From the NCBI GenBank assembly GCA_965220745.1, contig CBDCQT010000010.1:192001-256000 (forward strand): a stretch of 64,000 bases of DNA. Direction: 5' to 3'. This DNA is from Alphaproteobacteria bacterium (GTDB lineage: Bacteria; Pseudomonadota; Alphaproteobacteria; UBA828). Positions 10,438 to 20,235 of this stretch are shown here, in pieces; position 1 is the first letter of the stretch; every line of letters begins with the position of its first letter. A model generated the notes under the pieces. It saw nothing but the letters and a program-made list of their open reading frames with translations. It was not told the origin of the DNA and searched no databases. The position numbers and the translations under genes were made by a program.

Positions 10438-11049
10438 ATGAAGGGAGCGATGAACGAGGGCGCGACGCAACGGGAGGCGCAGGCACCGGCGCCGCGACGC
10501 CGCAACGGGCCGGGGATGACAATTCCCCGCCTGACCTTCGCCGAACAGCTCGTGCTCTGGTCCGCGCGCCGGCTGGCCAACGCCGGCCATAACGTTGCGG
10601 GGACGGAGACGGAGGCCTCGGCATACCGGCAGGATGTCCTGACGCGCGTCAGCGGCGAGCTCAGCGTTGCGCTCTGCCCGACCGGCGGCCCGACGGCCGG
10701 GGCCGAAGCGGCGGAGGCGCTGGAACGCACCCTGGACACCTTCGGCTGCGCAGGCGTGCGCAACCTGCGGCTTAACCCCATGTGCTGCCGCTTCGTCAGT
10801 AATGACGAGCGGCTCTTCCTGTCCTTCCTCGCAAGCTGCCAGGAAGGCGACCACCGGCACGCGGCCACCCTGCTCTCCTGGTTCCTTCCGCCCGCGGCGG
10901 TGCGAGCCGCAGCGGCCGACGGGGCCGCCTTCACGCGGGCGCTGCTCGAGGCGGGATTCCAGCTACCGCAGCGGCTCATGCTCGCCGAGCACGCGGGTTG
11001 CCCCGCGGGAGAAACGCCGAGAGCGGCCGCGCCGCGCACGCTGCATTAG
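10438..11049 (+). CDS. Hypothetical protein with a CC-x4-S-x-DE-like motif, probably iron-regulated
   Basis: Good RBS and codon bias; LNPMCCRFVSNDERLFL; directly downstream of the Fur-like boxes; the start may be the second ATG at 10450. Confidence 0.65.
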   Translation: MKGAMNEGATQREAQAPAPRRRNGPGMTIPRLTFAEQLVLWSARRLANAGHNVAGTETEASAYRQDVLTRVSGELSVALCPTGGPTAGAEAAEALERTLDTFGCAGVRNLRLNPMCCRFVSNDERLFLSFLASCQEGDHRHAATLLSWFLPPAAVRAAAADGAAFTRALLEAGFQLPQRLMLAEHAGCPAGETPRAAAPRTLH

Positions 11050-11107
11050 CTCGCGCCGGGGTCCTGCGCGCGGGTCATCTCAGGCCAGAGACAAGGGAGT
11101 CGACACC

Positions 11108-12532
11108 ATGAAGCGAACGATTGCTGCGGGAACCGCCCTCCTCGCCTTCGCCGTGCTGCCCGTGGCAGCGCACGGGCAAGACGACATCTATGCGGGCTTT
11201 CCGGTCACCCTGAAGAGCTACGAGGGCTCGGCGACGACGTCGGTCTCCTACGGCGGCCAGATCGCCCGCCAGGTCCTGCATGACTCTCTGAAAAAACTGG
11301 CCGGCAAGGGCACCGGCGCGCCGGACGACGCACTGAAGGCCACGATGCTCTCCTACTTCGATGGCAAGGACGAGGGCCGCGCGATCATCGCGCCGGCCAG
11401 CAAGGGCCCGTTCGTGGTGATGCAGACCGGCGTCGACGAGATCAGCAAGGGCACCAACCTCGCCGGCAAGACCTACAAGGGCGCGGTGCCGGGCATGCCC
11501 AACAACATGACCGGGCCGGAGCTCCTCACGTTCTGGATCGACAAGGCGTCGGCGGCGGAAAAGGGCTTCGATGCGGCGAACGGCTACGACTATCCGCAGC
11601 TGATCTCCAAGTTCCTCCTGGGTGCGGTGTTCTACAACCAGGCGGTCGACAACTACCTGGACGAGAAGCTGCGCGCCGACACCAAGCCCAACGACAAGCC
11701 CTACAAGGAAGGCGCCGCCTACACCGGCAAGGAGCATTCCTGGGACGAGGCGTTCGGCTATTTCGGCACGCCCGCCCACACGCTGACGCTGACCCCGCAG
11801 GCGGTCTACGAGATCAACAAGCAGGGCAGCAAGTCGGAGAAGCCGGAAGACGCGCTGACCCTCGCCGATTACAACAAGGACGGCGCGGTCGACCTCAAGA
11901 GCGAGATGGCCTTCGGGCCGGCCTACTACGCCGCCGGCTTCGACAAGTCCGGCACCGACTACCTCCACACCATCACCCGCGCCTTCATCGACGGGCGCAA
12001 GGCAATCACGGAGGCGAACGGCGCAGCGCTCACCGACGAGCAGCGCAGCGCGCTCCAGGGTTACGCCGAAACCATCCGCACCAACTGGGAACAGGTTCTT
12101 GCGGAGGCCGTGTTCAAGTACGCGGGCTCTGTCTACAAGGACCTCGGCAAGCTGGACATCATCCTCGAGTCCGACGGCGATCCGGCCAAAGCCTACCGCG
12201 CCTATGCCAAGCACTGGGGCGAGCTGAAGGGCTTCGCGCTGGCGCTCCAGACCGGCCGCGACAACCTGGGCGAGACGGCGGTCAGGCTCAACCGGATCAT
12301 CGGCTTCGGCCCGGTGCTGCTCAACCTGAGCCAGGTCACCGACATCGACAGCGCGGGCAATTACGTGAAGGACGAGTCCAAGCCGCTCGCGACCTACCAG
12401 TACGACATGCTGAAGCTGCAGGACCTCATGGTCTCGGCCTTCGGCGTGGAGGCTCGCCAGAACGATCAGCTCTCCGACATGGAATCGCTGCTGGAGAAGC
12501 TCGGCGACGGCGCGAGCGCCGAGAACGATTGA
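11108..12532 (+). CDS. DUF4856-like exported protein
   Basis: Signal peptide MKRTIAAGTALLAFAVLPVAAHG; SVSYGGQ, YPQLISKFLLGAVFYNQAVDNYL, EHSWDEAFGYFG and KHWGELKGF motifs; RBS AAGGGAG. Confidence 0.82.
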   Translation: MKRTIAAGTALLAFAVLPVAAHGQDDIYAGFPVTLKSYEGSATTSVSYGGQIARQVLHDSLKKLAGKGTGAPDDALKATMLSYFDGKDEGRAIIAPASKGPFVVMQTGVDEISKGTNLAGKTYKGAVPGMPNNMTGPELLTFWIDKASAAEKGFDAANGYDYPQLISKFLLGAVFYNQAVDNYLDEKLRADTKPNDKPYKEGAAYTGKEHSWDEAFGYFGTPAHTLTLTPQAVYEINKQGSKSEKPEDALTLADYNKDGAVDLKSEMAFGPAYYAAGFDKSGTDYLHTITRAFIDGRKAITEANGAALTDEQRSALQGYAETIRTNWEQVLAEAVFKYAGSVYKDLGKLDIILESDGDPAKAYRAYAKHWGELKGFALALQTGRDNLGETAVRLNRIIGFGPVLLNLSQVTDIDSAGNYVKDESKPLATYQYDMLKLQDLMVSAFGVEARQNDQLSDMESLLEKLGDGASAEND

Positions 12533-12605
12533 GGAGTCGTTCCCCGCCGCGGCGTCCGCTACGGTGGCGGGCGTCGCGGTGACTTAGGAGGCAGGCGCGG
12601 GAACG

Positions 12606-13682
12606 GTGGAGTCGGTCGTCCTCGACTATCTCGGCGGGCTGGGCGACGGCTTCGTCGATCCTAAGAAGCGCGTCTTCGTCGGCTACCTGGCGGCGGCGCT
12701 CGCCATCGCCTGCGTGGTGACGCTCGGCGCGGCGGGGTGGAACCTCCGCAACGGCGCCGCCGCCGGCCGCCGCGTAATCTTCTCCCGCGCGATCTGGTGG
12801 TCGGCCTCCGCCCGCGCGGACTACAAGATGTTCGCGGTCAACCAGGCGCTGATGATGGCGATCGCGCCCCGCCTGGTGGGCCGCATGGCGATCGCCACAG
12901 CGCTCTTCTCGGGCCTGCACACCCTGGTCGGCGGCCGGCCCGACGCCGCCCTCGCACTCCCCGGCTGGCTGGTCGTCGCGAGCTTCACGCTCTGCCACTT
13001 CCTCTGCGATGACGTGTCGAAGTACCTGGTGCACCGCGCCCTGCACCGCTGGCCGGTGCTCTGGGCATTCCACAAGGTCCACCACTCGGCGACGACGCTG
13101 ACGCCGCTCACAGTCTACCGGACCCATCCGCTGGAGGCGGTGCTCTTCAGCCTGCGCGGCACCGCTGTGCAGGCGGTGGTGGTGGCCGTGTTCATCTTCT
13201 TCTTCGGCAGCGCGGTGGACCTCTTCACGGTGCTCGGCGCGAGTGTCTTCCTGTTCGCGTTCAACGCCGCTGGCTCCAACCTGCGCCATTCGCACGTGCG
13301 CATAAGCTACGGGCGGCGGCTGGAGCGGGTGCTGATGTCGCCGGCACAGCATCAGATCCACCACTCCGTGGAAGCACGGCACCACGACAAGAATTTTGGC
13401 ACCGTGCTCTCGCTCTGGGACTGGTTGGGCGGCACCCTCTTCATCGCGGACAAGGGCGAAACGCTGCGTTACGGCCTCTCTCCCGGCCCGGCGAAGGAGA
13501 TGAACGGCCTCGCGGCGCTCTATGTCAGGCCGGCGCTGGAGGCCGGCCTGGTTCTTCGTGACACAGCCGCCGGCGCGCTTGCGAATCGCCACGAATTCAA
13601 AGGACAATCGCGCCGTGGTTGGCACATTGCGAGCGTGACCGATGCCTCCCGAATCGCACGGCAGGCAATCGGGGACCGATAG
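12606..13682 (+). CDS. Sterol desaturase / fatty-acid hydroxylase family membrane protein
   Basis: His boxes HRALH, FHKVHHS, RHSH and HQIHHS, plus KNFG; several TM segments. Confidence 0.9.
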   Translation: MESVVLDYLGGLGDGFVDPKKRVFVGYLAAALAIACVVTLGAAGWNLRNGAAAGRRVIFSRAIWWSASARADYKMFAVNQALMMAIAPRLVGRMAIATALFSGLHTLVGGRPDAALALPGWLVVASFTLCHFLCDDVSKYLVHRALHRWPVLWAFHKVHHSATTLTPLTVYRTHPLEAVLFSLRGTAVQAVVVAVFIFFFGSAVDLFTVLGASVFLFAFNAAGSNLRHSHVRISYGRRLERVLMSPAQHQIHHSVEARHHDKNFGTVLSLWDWLGGTLFIADKGETLRYGLSPGPAKEMNGLAALYVRPALEAGLVLRDTAAGALANRHEFKGQSRRGWHIASVTDASRIARQAIGDR

Positions 13683-15141
13683 CGACGACCCGGCAGAAGC
13701 CGGAAAGCGTCTATTCGCCGAATACGAGACCCGCCCCGCGTTCTACGACGAGATGTTCGAGACCACCGGCGTGCCGCGCATCCACTGCCGGGAGCTCTGC
13801 GAGGCGCTCGATGGGATGCGCCCGGCCGAAATCGCCGCCATGCAGGAGTACGCCGAGCGCTCCTTCCTGCATCAGGGGATAACCTTCGCGGTCTACGGCG
13901 AGGACGGCGCGCAGGAGCGGATCATCCCCATCGACTTCCTGCCGCGGCTTGTCGACGCCGCCGACTGGGACCTGGTGGAGCGGGGCCTGCGGCAGCGGCT
14001 GGAGGCGCTGAACCGCTTCCTCGCCGATGTCTACGGGCCGGGGCGGATCCTCGAGGACGGGGTGGTGCCGGTGGACCTGGTGCGGGGCTGCCCGCAGTAC
14101 CGGGTCGAGATGCGGGGCCTGGAGGTGCCCCACGGCGTCTACGTCGCGCTCTGCGGCACCGACATCGTGCGCACCAACGACGGCTTCGTGGTGCTGGAGG
14201 ACAACCTGCGCGTGCCCTCCGGCGTCTCCTACATGCTGGCCAACCGGCGCGCGCTGAAGACCAGCCTGCGCAACCTGTTCCGGCGCCACCATGTGCGCGG
14301 CATCGAGCACTACGGCCAGCTGCTGCGGCAAACGCTCGCCGAGCTGGCGCCGCCCGGCGTCTCCGACCCCTGCATCGTCCTGCTGACGCCCGGCGTTTAC
14401 AACTCCGCCTTCTACGAGCACATGTTCCTGGCGCAGGAGATGGGCGTGGAGCTGGTGCAGGGCAGCGACCTGCTGGTCCACAACGGCTTCGTCTACATGC
14501 GGACCACCGCCGGGCTGAAGAAGGTGGACGTGATCTATCGGCGCATCGACGACGACTTCATCGACCCGCTGGCGTTCCGCCCCGATTCGCAGCTGGGCAC
14601 CCCCGGGCTCTTCTATGCCTACCGGCTCGGCAACGTGACTATCGCCAATGCGCCGGGCACCGGCGTCGCCGACGACAAGAGCGTCTACGTCTATGTGCCG
14701 GAGATGATCCGCTACTACCTGGGCGAAGAGCCGCTGCTCGCCAACGTGGACACCCGTCTCTGCCGGGAGCAGGAGGGGCTGGAGTACACGCTCGACAACC
14801 TGGACAAGCTGGTGGTCAAGATGGTCGGCGAATCGGGCGGATACGGCATGCTGGTCGGCCCCCACGCGACGCCCGACCAGCGCGCGGCCTACGCCGAAGA
14901 GCTGCGCAAGAACCCGGCCAACTACGTCTCCCAGCCGGTGCTCGACCTCTCGGTCTCGCCCTGCCTGACGGAGACGGGCGCCGCACCGCGCCACGTCGAC
15001 CTCCGCCCCTTCGTGTTGCGCGGCAACGAGACCCGCCTGGTCCCCGGCGCCTTCTGCCGTGTCGCGCTGGTCGAGGGCTCGCTCGTCGTGAACTCGAGCC
15101 AGGGCGGCGGCGGCAAGGACCTCTGGGTGCTCTCCGAGTAG
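13642..15141 (+). CDS. Circularly permuted type-2 ATP-grasp protein
   Basis: YDEM, GITF, VLEDNLRVPSGVSY, LLTPGVYNSAFYEH, VDVIYRRIDD, NAPGTGVADDK and VVNSSQGGGGKD motifs; exact start uncertain. Confidence 0.94.
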   Translation: MPPESHGRQSGTDSDDPAEAGKRLFAEYETRPAFYDEMFETTGVPRIHCRELCEALDGMRPAEIAAMQEYAERSFLHQGITFAVYGEDGAQERIIPIDFLPRLVDAADWDLVERGLRQRLEALNRFLADVYGPGRILEDGVVPVDLVRGCPQYRVEMRGLEVPHGVYVALCGTDIVRTNDGFVVLEDNLRVPSGVSYMLANRRALKTSLRNLFRRHHVRGIEHYGQLLRQTLAELAPPGVSDPCIVLLTPGVYNSAFYEHMFLAQEMGVELVQGSDLLVHNGFVYMRTTAGLKKVDVIYRRIDDDFIDPLAFRPDSQLGTPGLFYAYRLGNVTIANAPGTGVADDKSVYVYVPEMIRYYLGEEPLLANVDTRLCREQEGLEYTLDNLDKLVVKMVGESGGYGMLVGPHATPDQRAAYAEELRKNPANYVSQPVLDLSVSPCLTETGAAPRHVDLRPFVLRGNETRLVPGAFCRVALVEGSLVVNSSQGGGGKDLWVLSE

Positions 15142-15145
15142 GCCG

Positions 15146-16120
15146 ATGCTCTCACGCACCGCCGAAGGCCTCTACTGGATGGCCCGCTATCTGGAGCGGG
15201 CGCAGAACGGCTGCCGCCTGCTGGCGGAGCAGTTCATCATCATCGAGGACCGGCCGGTCGAGCAGATCGACCAGAGCTGGCGGCGCCTCTACATTGCTGC
15301 CGGCCGCACCCCGCTGGGCGGCCACCTGGAGCCGCCGCCCGACGACGAAGACTTCATGCTGGCCGACGCCTACACGCTGGCCGACGACCTGACCTTCGAG
15401 CCGACCAACCCCGATGCGATCCGCAACTGCTTCGCGGCGGCGCGCGAGAGCGCCCGGCAGGTGCGCAACATCATCCCGGACAAGATGTGGTCCGCCCTCA
15501 ACCTCGCGTACTTCGATCTGCGCGATGTCGAGATCGAGAACATCTGGAACGACCAGCCGGGCACGTTCTACGAGCGTACCGAGGGCGCCATCCGCACCAT
15601 CTCGGGCGTCGCCGAGGGCACGATCTACCGGGACGACGGCTGGCACTTCCTCCAGCTCGGGCGCTTCGTCGAACGGGTGCAATCCACCGCCGCTCTGATG
15701 GACGCGCACATCGCGCTGTTCCCGACCGACGCGCCCGACTGCGAAGCGGACTGGCTCTCCCTGCTCTGGATCAGCGAGGCGCACTTCGCCTACCGCCGCC
15801 TCTACTCCCTGGAACGCAGCCCGAGCCGCATGGTCGACTTCCTGGTCACCGACCCCTCGCTGTCGCATTCGATCCGCCATGCGCTGGGGCGGATCGTGGA
15901 GGCGCTCGACGCCGTGGCGGTGGGTCCGGCGCTCAAGATCGAAGCGGAGCGCCGCGCGGGCCGCATGGTCGCCAGCATCGACCATGACTGGCCCGACCGC
16001 GACCGCGGGGACGACGACGCCACGCGCGCTGCGCTGCGGGAGATCGGCGAGTCATGCCGGCTGCTGCACCAGGACATCACGGCCGCCTACTTTGACTACG
16101 AGGTCAAGGACGCGTCGTGA
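15146..16120 (+). CDS. Alpha-E domain protein
   Basis: MLSRTAEGLYWMARYLERA and GWHFLQLGRFVER (paired ER motifs). Confidence 0.93.
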   Translation: MLSRTAEGLYWMARYLERAQNGCRLLAEQFIIIEDRPVEQIDQSWRRLYIAAGRTPLGGHLEPPPDDEDFMLADAYTLADDLTFEPTNPDAIRNCFAAARESARQVRNIIPDKMWSALNLAYFDLRDVEIENIWNDQPGTFYERTEGAIRTISGVAEGTIYRDDGWHFLQLGRFVERVQSTAALMDAHIALFPTDAPDCEADWLSLLWISEAHFAYRRLYSLERSPSRMVDFLVTDPSLSHSIRHALGRIVEALDAVAVGPALKIEAERRAGRMVASIDHDWPDRDRGDDDATRAALREIGESCRLLHQDITAAYFDYEVKDAS

Positions 16121-17082
16121 GCAGGGACACCCCGAGCCGGTTCCTGGTCGAGCACCTCTCGGACTTTCGCTACGAGGCGCCGGCGCAGGGCAGCCTGATG
16201 GTACTGCGCCTGCAACCACGGGCGGACGGCGGGCAGCGGGTTGCCTCCTTCGCCCTCGACATCGACCCCGTCGCTGCGCCGCTCGCGTTCGAGGACTCCT
16301 TCGGCAACGCCTGTCACCTGTTCAATATCCATCGGACGCACGAGCACACTGCCGTGCATTCGCGGGCGGAGGTGGAGACGGCACCGGCGCCGGACTTGCC
16401 GCAGCGCATGGAGACAGACGCCTGGGATGCGCTGGCGGAGGCTGCGGCCCCGCTCCGGCACTGGGAGTTCCTGGCGCCCAGCGCCTTCGCGCGGCCGGGC
16501 CCGGCGCTCGCGGCCTTCGCCGAGGCCAAGGGGCTGCGCAAGGGCGGCGATCCCCTTTCCTCCCTCCTGGAGCTGGGCCGCGCGCTGCACGGGGCGTTCC
16601 GCTACGAGCCGGGCAGCACGGCGGTGGACTCGCCGATCGAGCACATCCTGGAGACCGGCAGCGGGGTCTGCCAGGACTACACCCACGTGATGATCGCCAT
16701 CGCGCGCTCGTGGGGGATTCCGAGCCGCTATGTCTCGGGCTACCTGCATCGGGAAGGCGCGCCGGGCGAGCAGACGCCCGAGGGGGCGAGCCACGCCTGG
16801 GCGGAGTTCCTGCTGCCCGATCTGGGCTGGCTCGGCATCGACCCCACCAACGACACGATTGCCGATCACCGCCATGTGCGCATCGCCGTGGGCCGCGACT
16901 ATGCCGATGCGGCGCCGACGCGGGGGGCGGTGTTCGGCGGCGGGGAGTCCAGTCTGGAGGTGCGGGTGACGGTCACCGAGAGTGGCGAGCCCGAACCCGC
17001 CATTGCGCCCAGGGCGGAGCGGCCGTTCATCAGCGACGCCACGCCCACCCCGGCGGTCCCGCAAGCGGGCGCCGATCAATAG
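16117..17082 (+). CDS. Transglutaminase family protein
   Basis: GVCQDYTH, RYVSGYL, SHAWAE, GIDPTN and AVGRDYAD motifs; GTGA overlap with the alpha-E gene. Confidence 0.94.
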   Translation: MSRDTPSRFLVEHLSDFRYEAPAQGSLMVLRLQPRADGGQRVASFALDIDPVAAPLAFEDSFGNACHLFNIHRTHEHTAVHSRAEVETAPAPDLPQRMETDAWDALAEAAAPLRHWEFLAPSAFARPGPALAAFAEAKGLRKGGDPLSSLLELGRALHGAFRYEPGSTAVDSPIEHILETGSGVCQDYTHVMIAIARSWGIPSRYVSGYLHREGAPGEQTPEGASHAWAEFLLPDLGWLGIDPTNDTIADHRHVRIAVGRDYADAAPTRGAVFGGGESSLEVRVTVTESGEPEPAIAPRAERPFISDATPTPAVPQAGADQ

Positions 17083-17106
17083 CGGCCCACCGGCGGAGGG
17101 GCCGAG

Positions 17107-18783
17107 TTAGCTCAGATAGCGGTCGAGCACGTGGCCGGGGGGCGGCACGTCGCGATAGCCGTCCTCGTCGTAGACGCGGGTGCCGTTGACCCAGACCCGG
17201 TGCACCCCGCTGGCGTCGCGGACCAGCCGGCTCTCGCCGCCGGGCAGATCGTCGACCCGCCTGATCGCGCCGCGCCCGACCGTCGTCGGATCGAAGAGCA
17301 TGAGGTCCGCGAACTTGCCGGGCGCAATCTCGCCGCGATCAGCGATGCCGTAGAGCCGCGCCGGCATGCTGGTGACCCGGCGGATGCCGTCCGCCAGATC
17401 GAACACGCCCTTGTCGCGCACCCAGTGGCCGAGCAGGTGCAGGCCGTAGCCGGCATCGCAGAGGTAGCAAAGGTGGGCGCCCGCGTCCGACAGGCTGATG
17501 AGGCCGGCGTCGTGGCGCAGCAGCTCTTCCACCGCCGCCTCGTCGGCGTTGAGCAGGGCGGCATTGAAGGTGGTGCCCAGCTTCTCGTCCACGACGATGT
17601 CGAACATGACGTCGACCGGGTCGCGGCCCGCGCGCCCGGCGATGGTCTCGATGGTCTCGCCCTCCAGCGTCCGATGCGCCGGCGTCGCCGCCATCGCCAC
17701 CTCGACGCGCCGCCAATCGCCGTAGAAGATCTTGCCCTGCTTCGGCTTGTCCAAGTCCTCCCGGAACCTGTTTCGGAAGTCCTGGCTTGCAACGATCGCC
17801 AGAAAATCCTCGTCCGATGCCGTGTGCAGCGGCCCCCAGGCATCAAGGCTCTGGAGTGGGAAGGCGGTCCGCATGGAGAAATCCATGCAGAGTGGCTGAC
17901 ACGAGACCTGGGCCCACACCCCGTTGCCGCGACTCTGCGCGGCGGCGGCGCCCTCCAGCATCCCGATGGCGCGGTCCGGGAAGGTATCGTTGTGGAGAGC
18001 GGCCGTCATGAAGATCGGCCGGTCGGTTTCGGCGGCCATGCTCTCCAGCCGCTCCACGGTCATGCTCGGGCCGACGGTGAGTTGGAAGGTTCCTCGGCCG
18101 AGCTCGCCGAGCACGCCGACCAGCGCGCGCAACTCGTCGTCTTCCGCCAACCGGGACGGCATCGGCACGCCGCCGTCACCGTTGTGGTTGATCGAGGTGG
18201 AGGTGGCAAAGCCGATGGCGCCGGCCTCCATCGCCTCCTTTACGATGCCGCGCATGGTGGCGATCTCGTCCTCGGTCGCCGCGCGCTCCGAGGCTTCGGC
18301 GCCGAGCACCGTGGTGCGCACCGCCGAATGGCCGACGAAGACACCGGCGTTGGGATAGCAGCCCTTGCGCCGCAACTGCGCCAGATACTCGGGGAACGTC
18401 TCGAAGCCCCAGTCGATCCCGGCTTCCAGCGCGGCGATGGACATACCCTCGACTTCGGCCAGGTTGCGCGCCATCTGCTCGCGCCGGTCCGGCGGGCAGG
18501 GCGCGATGCTGAAGCCGCAATTGCCCATGACCACCGTGGTGACGCCGAGCGAAGGCGAGGGCGTCACCTGGCTCTCCCAGGTGACTTGGGCGTCGTAATG
18601 GGTGTGCACGTCGACGATGCCGGGCGCCAGTACGAGGCCGTCGGCGTCGACCGTCTCCCGCGCGCTCTCAGTTACGTCGCCGACTTCGACAATGCGCTCG
18701 CCGCTGACGGCGACATCGGCCTGGATCAGCGGATTGCCGACGCCATCCGCCACCATCGCGCCGCGAATTACGAGGTCATGCAT
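17107..18783 (-). CDS. Amidohydrolase, N-acyl-D-amino-acid deacylase family
   Basis: APGIVDVHTHYDAQ, VMGNCGF, SDAGAH and DLPGGESRL motifs. Confidence 0.92.
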   Translation of the reverse strand: MHDLVIRGAMVADGVGNPLIQADVAVSGERIVEVGDVTESARETVDADGLVLAPGIVDVHTHYDAQVTWESQVTPSPSLGVTTVVMGNCGFSIAPCPPDRREQMARNLAEVEGMSIAALEAGIDWGFETFPEYLAQLRRKGCYPNAGVFVGHSAVRTTVLGAEASERAATEDEIATMRGIVKEAMEAGAIGFATSTSINHNGDGGVPMPSRLAEDDELRALVGVLGELGRGTFQLTVGPSMTVERLESMAAETDRPIFMTAALHNDTFPDRAIGMLEGAAAAQSRGNGVWAQVSCQPLCMDFSMRTAFPLQSLDAWGPLHTASDEDFLAIVASQDFRNRFREDLDKPKQGKIFYGDWRRVEVAMAATPAHRTLEGETIETIAGRAGRDPVDVMFDIVVDEKLGTTFNAALLNADEAAVEELLRHDAGLISLSDAGAHLCYLCDAGYGLHLLGHWVRDKGVFDLADGIRRVTSMPARLYGIADRGEIAPGKFADLMLFDPTTVGRGAIRRVDDLPGGESRLVRDASGVHRVWVNGTRVYDEDGYRDVPPPGHVLDRYLS

Positions 18784-18848
18784 GGCTCAACTCGATCCTT
18801 CTCACGGTATGGCGGCTCGGCGTCTGCGTGCGCGCCGCCGCGCCGGCG

Positions 18849-19478
18849 TCAGGGACTCCTCGGAACCGTCACGCCGATCATGCAGTCGCGGGTCACGAGC
18901 GCGGCGAGGCGCTCGGGCTCCCAGCCCTCGGTGCCGGCAGGCTGCCGGGGCACGACAATGTAGCGCATGTCGGCGGTGGAATCGTGCACGCGCACGGTCA
19001 CGTCGTCCGGCACCTCGGTGCCGAACTCGCGCAGCACGGCACGGGGCTCGCGCACCACCCGGGAGCGGTAGGCCTTCGCCTTGTACCAGTCGGGCGGCAG
19101 GCCCAGGAGGTTGCGCGGATAGCACGAGCAGAGCGTGCAGACGATCACGTTGTGCACGCTCGCCGTGTTCTCGACGGCGATCAGGCGCAGCGGCCCGAGC
19201 TCGATGCCCATGCTGGCGCAGGCCGCCGAGCCGTCCGCCAACAACGCGTCCTTGAAGGCCGGGTCGGTCCAGGCGCGGGCCACGACTTGCGCTCCCTTCG
19301 CGGGGCTGCGGGCGTCCATCGCCTCGATCGCCGCGCGCACGTCGTCGGCGCCGAAGACCCCCTTCTCGATCAGGAGCTCGCGGACGGCGATCTCCATGGT
19401 CTCGTAGTAGCTGAGCGGGCCGTCCTCGTCAGGCGGGGGCCGGTGATCGTGGGCGTGTTCGTGGACATGGCTTGCCAT
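18849..19478 (-). CDS. nthA: Nitrile hydratase alpha subunit, cobalt-type
   Basis: VCTLCSCYP metal-binding motif; GAQVVARAWTDPAFK, WYK..YRSRVVREPR and VHDSTADMRY motifs. Confidence 0.92.
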   Translation of the reverse strand: MASHVHEHAHDHRPPPDEDGPLSYYETMEIAVRELLIEKGVFGADDVRAAIEAMDARSPAKGAQVVARAWTDPAFKDALLADGSAACASMGIELGPLRLIAVENTASVHNVIVCTLCSCYPRNLLGLPPDWYKAKAYRSRVVREPRAVLREFGTEVPDDVTVRVHDSTADMRYIVVPRQPAGTEGWEPERLAALVTRDCMIGVTVPRSP

Positions 19479-19481
19479 CGC

Positions 19482-19772
19482 TCACTCCGTCGCGGGTTCG
19501 AGCCAATGCTCGTAGAGCTCGATGTCGATGGTATCGCCGGCCGGGCCGTCGTAGTCGGGCCAGAGCGCGGTCTGGGCGAAGCGCACGCGATAGAGGGTCT
19601 GCCTGGGGCGGTCCCTGCGCCCGAACGCAAGCTCTTCGGGATTGCCGAAGTCGCCGCAGATGCGCTCCACGTCGCCGACGGCGCCGCGCGCGTAGTAGGG
19701 CGTGCGGATGTGGCCGAGCGGGAAGGCCCGGCGCACGGCCACCCGGTCGCCCATGGCGAAGCGGGCGGCCAT
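19482..19772 (-). CDS. Nitrile hydratase beta C-terminal (SH3-like) subunit as a separate gene
   Basis: RFAMGDRVAV, GHIRTPYYARG, LYRVRF and ELYEHWLEPA motifs. Confidence 0.88.
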   Translation of the reverse strand: MAARFAMGDRVAVRRAFPLGHIRTPYYARGAVGDVERICGDFGNPEELAFGRRDRPRQTLYRVRFAQTALWPDYDGPAGDTIDIELYEHWLEPATE

Positions 19773-20101
19773 CAGCCGGCGCCCTCTCCGCGTTTCTCGA
19801 CCTCGGCCATGCGGCGGCCGAGCTCGTCGGAGGAGATGACCCCCTCGGCGAGCAGCGTATTGGTGATGGAGGCCATCCAGCGCTCGTAGTAGCTCATCGC
19901 TTCGTAAGCTTCGGTGCCGAGCTGCTCGATACCGCGCCGGAGCTGATCCACGGTGATGACTCGGCGCTCGGGGCTCCCGAGCAGCACCATGAGCGCGTCG
20001 ACTCGCTTCTCCCAGGGCGCATGCGCGTGCTCCGCCCGGTCGATGGAACCGGCAGGGAGCCCGCCCATGTCGTGCACCCCGCGCCCCGGATCGCCGCTCA
20101 C
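19772..20101 (-). CDS. Nitrile hydratase beta N-terminal subunit as a separate gene
   Basis: VHDMGG, WEKRVDAL, LRRGIE and MSYYERW motifs; GTG start at 20101 after RBS GGAGG. Confidence 0.86.
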   Translation of the reverse strand: MSGDPGRGVHDMGGLPAGSIDRAEHAHAPWEKRVDALMVLLGSPERRVITVDQLRRGIEQLGTEAYEAMSYYERWMASITNTLLAEGVISSDELGRRMAEVEKRGEGAG

Positions 20102-20235
20102 CTCGGTTCCTCCCCTCGCCTCGTCAGGCGGCCACGATAGGTGCGTGCCAAGCCTGGGGCAAGGCGCCGCGTTGTCGCTGAACGTCTCGGCTGATAGCGT
20201 ACCGCGAGCGCTCACATCGCTCCGGGAATTGGCCG

